In this document: piece by piece, positions 57,182-64,000 of the stretch
How the letters are laid out: every line of letters begins with the position of its first letter
How positions within the stretch are numbered: the stretch's first letter is position 1
Assembly: GCA_016218805.1 (NCBI GenBank)
Contig: JACRCW010000153.1
Span: forward strand, 1 to 64,000
DNA from: Deltaproteobacteria bacterium
GTDB taxonomy: Bacteria; Myxococcota; JACRCW01
Length of the DNA stretch: 64,000 nucleotides
Reading direction: 5' to 3'
The notes under the pieces: model-generated
Told to the model about the DNA's origin: nothing
Seen by the model: only the letters and a program-made list of their open reading frames with translations
Databases searched by the model: none
Translations under genes and position numbers: made by a program

Positions 57182-57487
57182 GTGAACCAGTCCCTGACCG
57201 AATCCAGCCCGAAGTTGCGTGTCCGCATAGGCGATGAGGTCCTCTACGTGGGCAAGAACAGCACGTGCTGCCTGGTGCGGGATGACGGCAGCCAGCTGGG
57301 TATTGAGCTGCGTGGGGGGGTGCCGGTGCTGACCGCCTCCGCGGTGGGGTTTGCCGAGGGCCCCTGGTCACGCAAGATGACCGTGTCCATTGCGTCCTCC
57401 CTGGCGCTCCAGGCCGGCCTGCAGGGCACGGTGGCGCACGTGGAAGGAAGTATCTCGACCATCCACCGCGTGCGCATCACCGGGTGA
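57182..57487 (+). CDS. hypothetical protein
   Basis: Fills the gap between the PilZ gene and gyrA; GAGG RBS; GC3-rich codons; beta-strand-like composition. Confidence 0.55.
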   Translation: MNQSLTESSPKLRVRIGDEVLYVGKNSTCCLVRDDGSQLGIELRGGVPVLTASAVGFAEGPWSRKMTVSIASSLALQAGLQGTVAHVEGSISTIHRVRITG

Positions 57488-57512
57488 ATCGCCGGGGCCG
57501 GCGCGGGGTGGC

Positions 57513-60155
57513 TCAACCCCCTTGGCCGTTGCCCCCGCCACCTTCGCCGGGCTCGTCATCCGCCTTGGGCGCCGGGGCCTCCACCGGGGGCATGCCCGCG
57601 CGCTCCAGGTCCACCGTCGTCTCGCCTTCGTCGCGCTCGGCAATGCGGGCAATGGACACCACCCGGTCGCCCGCCTCCACGGCAATCAGCTTCACGCCCT
57701 GCGTGTTGCGGCCGATCATCGAGATCTCCTCGGCGCGCGTGCGGATGAGCGTGCCGCCGCTGGTGACAATCATGACCTCGTCACGGTCATGCACCTGCGC
57801 GGTGCCGCTGACCACGCCGTTGCGGTCCGTCACCTTGATGGTGATGAGGCCCTTCCCGCCGCGGTTCTGGCAGCGGTACTCGGCCTCCTCGGTGCGCTTG
57901 CCGAACCCGTTCTCCGTCACTGTCAGGATGGACGTCCCCGGCTCCAGCACCTCCATGCCCACCACGCGGTCACCGTCCTCCAGCTCAATGCCCTTCACGC
58001 CGGTGGCCGCCCGTCCCATGGAACGCACGTCCTCCTCGGAGAAGCGGATGGCCATGCCGTTGCGCGTGGCCAGCAGGACGTCGTTCTTCCCGTTGGTCAC
58101 CGCCGCGCCAATGAGCTCGTCACCGTCATCAATGCCGCACGCAATGAGTCCCGTCTGCCGCGGGTTGGCATACTGCGTGAGGTCCGTCTTCTTGACCGTG
58201 CCCTGCCGGGTGGCCGTCAGCACAAACTGCTTGCCTTCCTCCGTCGGGAACTCGCGCACCGGGAGGATGGCGCGGATGCGCTCGCCCTCATCCAGCTGCA
58301 CCAGGTTCACCAGCGCCTTGCCCTTGGTGGCGCCGGCGCTCTCCGGCACGGCGTGCACCTTGACCCAGTAGACCTTGCCGCGGTCACTGAAGTTGAGCAG
58401 GTACGCGTGCGTAGAGGCTACAAACAACTGCTCCACAAAATCGTCTTCTTTCGTTGCTGCGGCCCCCTTGCCGCGCCCGCCGCGCTTCTGCGCGCGGTAG
58501 TTGGAGAGCGCGCTGCGCTTCACGTAGCCCTGGTGGGTGACCGTCACCACCATCTCCTCCTCGGCAATGAGGTCCTCAACGTTGATGTCTTCCACGTCCT
58601 CCATGAACTGCGTGCGCCGCGGCGAATCAAACCGGTCCCGCAGGTCGGTGAGCTCGCCCTTGATGACCTCCATGAGTTTCACGGGGCTGGCCAGGATGCC
58701 GCGCAGCCGGGCAATGAGGCCCATGACCTCGCGCGCCTCGTCCACCAGCTTCTCCCGTTCCAGGCCGGTGAGGCGGGACAGGCGCATCTCCAGGATGGCC
58801 TTCACCTGCTCAGGGTTCAGCAGGAAGTACCCGCGTTCCGCCGCCAGCAGCAGCTGCGGGACCTCCGCCTCGGCAAACTGCGGCAGGCGCCCCAGGTTGC
58901 CGCTGAACTTCTCCGCCAGCAGCTTGTCGCGCGCCTCGTCGGGATCGCGGCTGTGGCGGATGATGTCAATGACGCGGTCAATGTGATCCACGGCGACAAT
59001 GAGGCCGAGCAGGGTGTTGAACCGGGCCTCGGCTTCGCGCAGTTCAAAACGCGTGCGGCGGCCCACCACCTCACGGCGGTGGCTGACAAAATGCGCCAGC
59101 AGGTCCTTGAGCGGCAGCACCCGCGGCTGCCCGCCCACAATGGCCAGGTTGATGATGCCAAAGGTGGTCTGCAGCGGGGTGTGCTTGTAGATCTGGTTGA
59201 GCACCACCTCCGCCACGGCGTCACGCTTGAGGTCCACGGCAATGCGCATCCCGTCGCGGTCGGACTCGTCGCGCAGGTCAGACACACCCTCCAGCTTCTT
59301 CTCCCGCACCAGCTCCGCCATCCGCTCCACCAGCTTGGACTTGTTCACCTGGTAGGGGATCTCGTCGATGATGATCTGCGTGCGCTTGGCATTCTCCTCA
59401 ATGCGCGCTTTGCCGCGGACCTTCAGCGTGCCGCGCCCGGTGGCGTAGGCTTCATAGGTGCCGGAGCGCCCGCAGATGAACCCGCCGGTGGGGAAGTCCG
59501 GGCCGGGAATGATCTTCAGCAGCTCGTGCACGGTGATGTTGGGGTTGTCGATCATGGCGAGCACCGCGTTGATGCTCTCCACGAGATTGTGCGGCGGCAT
59601 CTTGGTGGCCATGCCCACCGCAATGCCTTCTGAGCCGTTCACCAGCAGGTTGGGGAACTTGGAGGGCAGGACGGAGGGCTCCGTGGTGGTCTCGTCAAAG
59701 TTCGCGACGACGTCCACGGTTTCCTTCTCAATGTCCGTCAGCAGTTCCTCGGCCAGCTTGGTCAGGCGGGATTCGGTGTACCGGTAGGCGGCGGCCGGGT
59801 CCCCGTCCACGGAGCCAAAGTTCCCCTGCCCGTCAATGAGCGGGTAGCGGATGTTCCACTCCTGGGCGAGCCGCACCAGCGCGTCGTAGACGGAGGCGTC
59901 ACCGTGCGGGTGGTACTTCTTGAGCACCTCGCCCACCACGCCGGCGCACTTGCTGTACTTGCGGTTGCTGAGCAGGCCCTCGTCGTACATCGCGTACAGG
60001 ATGCGGCGGTGGACCGGCTTGAGGCCGTCACGCACGTCGGGCAGCGCGCGCCCGATGATGACGGACATCGAGTAGTCCAGGTAGCTGCGCCGCATCTCGT
60101 CGTCCATGGGGACGGGCGTGGCGGGGCGCGGGGAGGTGTTGCTGGGCTCGGTCAT
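57513..60155 (-). CDS. gyrA: DNA gyrase subunit A
   Basis: [28 protein letters not shown] catalytic Tyr, GyrA box QKRGGRG, C-terminal beta-pinwheel repeats. Confidence 0.98.
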   Translation of the reverse strand: MTEPSNTSPRPATPVPMDDEMRRSYLDYSMSVIIGRALPDVRDGLKPVHRRILYAMYDEGLLSNRKYSKCAGVVGEVLKKYHPHGDASVYDALVRLAQEWNIRYPLIDGQGNFGSVDGDPAAAYRYTESRLTKLAEELLTDIEKETVDVVANFDETTTEPSVLPSKFPNLLVNGSEGIAVGMATKMPPHNLVESINAVLAMIDNPNITVHELLKIIPGPDFPTGGFICGRSGTYEAYATGRGTLKVRGKARIEENAKRTQIIIDEIPYQVNKSKLVERMAELVREKKLEGVSDLRDESDRDGMRIAVDLKRDAVAEVVLNQIYKHTPLQTTFGIINLAIVGGQPRVLPLKDLLAHFVSHRREVVGRRTRFELREAEARFNTLLGLIVAVDHIDRVIDIIRHSRDPDEARDKLLAEKFSGNLGRLPQFAEAEVPQLLLAAERGYFLLNPEQVKAILEMRLSRLTGLEREKLVDEAREVMGLIARLRGILASPVKLMEVIKGELTDLRDRFDSPRRTQFMEDVEDINVEDLIAEEEMVVTVTHQGYVKRSALSNYRAQKRGGRGKGAAATKEDDFVEQLFVASTHAYLLNFSDRGKVYWVKVHAVPESAGATKGKALVNLVQLDEGERIRAILPVREFPTEEGKQFVLTATRQGTVKKTDLTQYANPRQTGLIACGIDDGDELIGAAVTNGKNDVLLATRNGMAIRFSEEDVRSMGRAATGVKGIELEDGDRVVGMEVLEPGTSILTVTENGFGKRTEEAEYRCQNRGGKGLITIKVTDRNGVVSGTAQVHDRDEVMIVTSGGTLIRTRAEEISMIGRNTQGVKLIAVEAGDRVVSIARIAERDEGETTVDLERAGMPPVEAPAPKADDEPGEGGGGNGQGG

Positions 60156-60337
60156 GGCGTGGACGGTCGCGGTTGCCGGCGTGGTGGAGCTCCCGTTCCC
60201 GGCCGGCAGCGGGAGCAAGGGGTGGCCGTTGTAGGGGTGCGTCAGGACGGGGTCAACGGCGGCAACACCCGGCGGCGCCTTGCGCGCGGGGGCGGACGCC
60301 TGCAGGCTTGCCCGACGACAACCCCCCGGGGAGCGGC

Positions 60338-60736
60338 ATGGCTGACAACGCACCGAACGAGCGCGCGATCAGGGTCTTTGTGCTGGAAGACGACCCCGAC
60401 CTGGCAGAGATGCTCCGGCGGTGGTTTGCCGGCGCGGGGATGGAGTTTTCCCACTGCGCAGACGGCGAGGCCGCGTGGGAGTTGCTGCAGGGCGCCCCGC
60501 CCGACGTGGTGCTGGCGGACCTGATGGTGCCGGGCATCTCCGGCCAGGAGTTTGTGGCCAAGCTGCGCGCGCACCCCGCCACGTCCCACACCGCAGTGAT
60601 TGTGATGAGCGCGTCCATCCTCAACGCGGCGCAGGGGGCGGAGATGAAGGACATCCTCCAGGCGGACCACGTGTTCAGCAAGCCGCTGTTGCTGCGTGAC
60701 GTGCTGGCCAAGGTGCGGGAACTGACGGCGCGCTGA
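60338..60736 (+). CDS. single-domain response regulator (receiver)
   Basis: [19 protein letters not shown]. Confidence 0.9.
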   Translation: MADNAPNERAIRVFVLEDDPDLAEMLRRWFAGAGMEFSHCADGEAAWELLQGAPPDVVLADLMVPGISGQEFVAKLRAHPATSHTAVIVMSASILNAAQGAEMKDILQADHVFSKPLLLRDVLAKVRELTAR

Positions 60737-60740
60737 GCGC

Positions 60741-62750
60741 CTACGCACGCACCCAGGGCCGCAGTTCGGCGCACGCGGCCACGCCTGCGCGCAGCACGGC
60801 CTCGCGCGTTCCCACCAGGCGGTCCAGGATGTGGTCCCAGCGCTGGCGGATGCCGCCGCTCTCCGTCGTGCGGTCACCGTAGAGGCGCCGCAGCCCCAGC
60901 GTCTCATCCGCCACCAGGGCCTGCATGCGCACCACCTCCGCCCACGCACACACCACAAACCCCTCCACGGCCTCCGCCAGTTCCGCGGCGGGGATGCCCG
61001 CGGTGCGCGCGCGCTCCAGGTGCACCGCCACGCGGTGCAGGCAGACGGGCAGCAGCCGCTCAATGGGGCTGCTCCAATCCGTGAAGCTCCCGGTGGTGTC
61101 CGCCAGCACCAGCCGTTCCGGCAGGCCGTCCGCTCCCAGCTGGATGACCTCATCACCGTCATCAAAGAAGAACCGGCCGCTGCGCAGGTCCCCGCGCCCC
61201 AGCACCAGGGAGGCCGCCGCGGCCACCCCCAGCACGCGCATCAGCCGCACCGCAAAACCCGGCCGCGCGTACAGCGCCGGGGCCAGCTTGTCCGTGGCCA
61301 CGCCGGCCACGTAGGGGCGGTCAATGAAGAACACCGGGACGGGCGGCAGGCCCTCCACGCGCTCCTCTATGCGGATTTCGCGGTAGGTGGGGATGGGCAG
61401 GCGGAGCGCCTGCGCGCCGCGGATGCGGTCCAGGATCCAGTCCCGGTACTGCACGGTCTCAGACACCGCCTGGCGGTGCGGCACGCCGCGCTTGAGCCGG
61501 TGGAACACGTCCCACTTGAGCATGCGCACCACGCGGATGTCCTCGGTGCCGTCCTCACGCCCCAGCACCACCACCAACACCTCACGCTCCTGGCCGGACA
61601 GGTCCCGGCCCGTCTGCGCGGCCTCCACGCGGCCCACGTTGATGCTGCGCAGTGACCGGGTCCGCGCGCAGTAGTCCTCAATGAGGCCGCGCACGCGCGG
61701 CTCCGCGCGCGGGTCCATCTGCGGCTTGCCGTCATACAGCGCGGCCCCCGGGAGCCAGCGCACGTTCATGTGGAACTCGCGGGACAGGCCCAGCGCGGAC
61801 TCCTCCAGGTGGTCCTCGCACACGCCGTACAGCCGGCAGAACATGGTGGTGCGCCAGCCCACGTAGTCCCCGCCGTCCACCAACAGCTCCGGGCCCGCCG
61901 CCTCCGCAAACGCATGCGCCAACGCGTCAAACGCGCGCTCAATGGCCACCTGGTCCGGCGGTCCCTCAGCGCCGTCCGTGATCAGTTCCAACAGGTCCAT
62001 CAGGCCTTCGCGCGGGAGGTGGCGCCCGGCGGGGAGGAAGAAGGCCAGCTCGCGCGCGCCCTGGCGGTTCACCAGGCCGGTCAGCTCCAGGATCTCCATG
62101 AGGCGCCGGCACGCCTCGGAGCGGTTGCTGCGCAGGAGCGGACGGATGGCCATCAACTCCTGGTAGGTGAGGAAGCGCGCCCCGCTGTGCGCGTCCTGGT
62201 AGTACGTGGCGCCCGTCCCCACGCGCGTGCGGCACCCCTCAATGAAGCGCGCCACCTCAGGGACACTGCGCGGCGGCGGGGACACGCGCCAACGCTCGCC
62301 GCGCCACCGCAGGCGCTGCCGCACCCCCGGCAGGTGCACGCCGGTGAACTGGATGATGTCCCGGGGCAACAGCCGCTGCAGCATCTCATCCGCCCCCAGG
62401 ATGCGGCCCATGTCCTCCGGGTCTGACCGGATGACCACGCGGCCGTCACGAACCAGCAGCGGTACCGCGTCCGCGTAGACGTCCTCGTCATCCGGCACCG
62501 GCTGGCCGGCGGCTTCCGCCTGCTGGCGCAGCCAGTCCGCCATCAGCACCGCCTGCACCGCGTGCAGCGAGCCCGACGTCACCACCGTGTTCCAGCGCGG
62601 AAAGGCGGAGGCCACCGTACAGCGCGCGCGCCCGTCCGGCGTTCGCTCCAGCAGGCCCGGCCCCAGGAACCTTACCGGCGGCGGGGCCGGCGTCTCCCCC
62701 GTCCCGCCGACGGCGGTGGGTGACAGCGCGGAGCCCAGGTCCCTGGCCAT
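60741..62750 (-). CDS. hypothetical 669-aa soluble protein
   Basis: Long ORF with normal amino-acid composition filling the gap; no family recognised. Confidence 0.75.
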   Translation of the reverse strand: MARDLGSALSPTAVGGTGETPAPPPVRFLGPGLLERTPDGRARCTVASAFPRWNTVVTSGSLHAVQAVLMADWLRQQAEAAGQPVPDDEDVYADAVPLLVRDGRVVIRSDPEDMGRILGADEMLQRLLPRDIIQFTGVHLPGVRQRLRWRGERWRVSPPPRSVPEVARFIEGCRTRVGTGATYYQDAHSGARFLTYQELMAIRPLLRSNRSEACRRLMEILELTGLVNRQGARELAFFLPAGRHLPREGLMDLLELITDGAEGPPDQVAIERAFDALAHAFAEAAGPELLVDGGDYVGWRTTMFCRLYGVCEDHLEESALGLSREFHMNVRWLPGAALYDGKPQMDPRAEPRVRGLIEDYCARTRSLRSINVGRVEAAQTGRDLSGQEREVLVVVLGREDGTEDIRVVRMLKWDVFHRLKRGVPHRQAVSETVQYRDWILDRIRGAQALRLPIPTYREIRIEERVEGLPPVPVFFIDRPYVAGVATDKLAPALYARPGFAVRLMRVLGVAAAASLVLGRGDLRSGRFFFDDGDEVIQLGADGLPERLVLADTTGSFTDWSSPIERLLPVCLHRVAVHLERARTAGIPAAELAEAVEGFVVCAWAEVVRMQALVADETLGLRRLYGDRTTESGGIRQRWDHILDRLVGTREAVLRAGVAACAELRPWVRA

Positions 62751-62920
62751 TTGGACGGGGCATGGGAGCAGCTTGCAGCAAGGGTTGCAAGCGGCACCGG
62801 CGTCGTGGACGGGGCGCTGCGCCCAGGCGTGGACGCCAGCGCAGGCGTGGACTGTCGTCGAGAACCTGGGGACCGCCGCGCTTGCGCCGCGGACCGCAAG
62901 GGGACCATCGTCGGCGCGTC

Positions 62921-63925
62921 ATGATCTGGGCGTGGCTGCTCGGCGGTGCGGTGCTCGTCGTGGCGACGGGCGGCCTGGTCCTGGCCTGGATGGTGCAGCC
63001 GCTGCCGTTCCGGCCACCGCCCCACGCGATCACGCCGGTGGACCAGGGGCGCCTGCGCGCCACCGTGCGGACGCTTTGCACCACTTACCACCCGCGCAGC
63101 CACCTCCACGTGGGCAACCTGTGGCGGATTGCGCATCACCTGCAGGCGCAGCTGGCCGCCGCGGGCTGCCGGGTGGAGGAGCAGCGTTACGGCGTGGACC
63201 GGCGTGACTACGTGAACGTGCGCGCGCACCTGGGTCCGCCGTCCGGGCGGCGCATTGTCGTGGGAGCGCACTACGACGCGTGCGGGGACACGCCGGGGGC
63301 GGATGACAACGCCAGCGGCGTGGCCGCACTGGTGGAACTGGCGGTGCTGCTGGGCAGCGGACCGCTGGCGTGCCACGTGGAGCTGGTGGCGTGGACGCTG
63401 GAAGAGCCGCCGCACTTTGGCACGGAGATGATGGGCAGCCGGGTGCACGCGCGGCTGCTGGAAGAGGAGCACGCGCAGGTGAGCGCGGTGTTTGCACTGG
63501 ACATGCTGGGGCGCTTTTCCGACGAGGGGGATTCCCAGCGCTACCCGTTTGCCTGGATGCCGTGGGTGTACGGCCGCCGCGGGGACTTCATTGCCGTCGT
63601 CGGAGACCCGCGCATGACGGCGCTCACGCGGCGCACCAAGCGCGCCATGCGCTCGGCGGGCACGGTGCGCGTGCTGTCGGTGAATGCCTGGTCGTTTGGC
63701 GAAGGACTGGAAGACTCCGACCACGCCAGCTACCGGCGGCACGGTATCCCTGCCGTGCTCCTGAGTGACGGCGCCATGTACCGCCACGGCGACTACCACG
63801 GCGCGGGCGACACGGCGGACAAGCTGGACTACCCGCGGCTGGGCGGCGTGGTGCAGGCGCTGCACGTTGCCGTGCTGCAGGAGGCACGCCGCGCGGCCGC
63901 CCTGGGTCCGGCCTCCACGACGTAA
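62921..63925 (+). CDS. M28 family metallopeptidase
   Basis: N-terminal TM helix; GAHYD, PGADDNASG, TLEEPP, LDM, SDH, YH..D. Confidence 0.92.
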   Translation: MIWAWLLGGAVLVVATGGLVLAWMVQPLPFRPPPHAITPVDQGRLRATVRTLCTTYHPRSHLHVGNLWRIAHHLQAQLAAAGCRVEEQRYGVDRRDYVNVRAHLGPPSGRRIVVGAHYDACGDTPGADDNASGVAALVELAVLLGSGPLACHVELVAWTLEEPPHFGTEMMGSRVHARLLEEEHAQVSAVFALDMLGRFSDEGDSQRYPFAWMPWVYGRRGDFIAVVGDPRMTALTRRTKRAMRSAGTVRVLSVNAWSFGEGLEDSDHASYRRHGIPAVLLSDGAMYRHGDYHGAGDTADKLDYPRLGGVVQALHVAVLQEARRAAALGPASTT

Positions 63926-64000
63926 CACCCGCGGGCAGGAACCGCCCCGGGCGGGCGTTGTCACATCCCTGAACCACCACGTTCCGGGGTGAACCATGCG

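Noticed and set aside
57390..59633. 747-aa plus-strand ORF
   Set aside because: Antisense shadow of gyrA.
57513..60155. parC rather than gyrA
   Set aside because: The GyrA box QKRGGRG and a full C-terminal pinwheel are present.

Overview
High-GC bacterial chromosomal window whose gene content suggests Myxococcota or a related deltaproteobacterium (Hanks-type Ser/Thr kinases, Cys/Gly-rich lipoproteins, AgmX/PglI-like protein, orphan gyrA). In order: a 22-bp G-rich tandem repeat; Mut7-C RNase; lspA; a cluster of GT-C-like membrane glycosyltransferases with an esterase and an FAD oxidoreductase; a DUF455 di-iron + ATP-grasp pair; a kinase fused to a PhnD-type sensor; a 1860-aa Ig-repeat/Gly-rich lipoprotein; a ~3030-aa LysM protein with a small coupled downstream gene; a secreted tail-collar protein; an RND-TetR efflux operon; a GATase-hydrolase fusion; PMI; a TRAP transporter; a kinase with two cNMP domains; MscS; a PAS sigma54 activator next to a Cys-rich octaheme (OTR-like) cytochrome; an ABC-2 system; a PilZ protein; gyrA; a receiver-domain protein; and an M28 peptidase. 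The strongest candidate for an undescribed system is the giant LysM protein (28598..19509, minus). Its C-terminus stacks an HExxH motif, a RelA/SpoT-type alarmone synthetase domain and an R-S-ExE ADP-ribosyltransferase, and it is followed by one ~114-aa candidate immunity gene, as expected for a multi-warhead polymorphic toxin. No rRNA, tRNA, CRISPR array or transposase was recognised. All family calls come from reading motifs by eye; no database searches were run.
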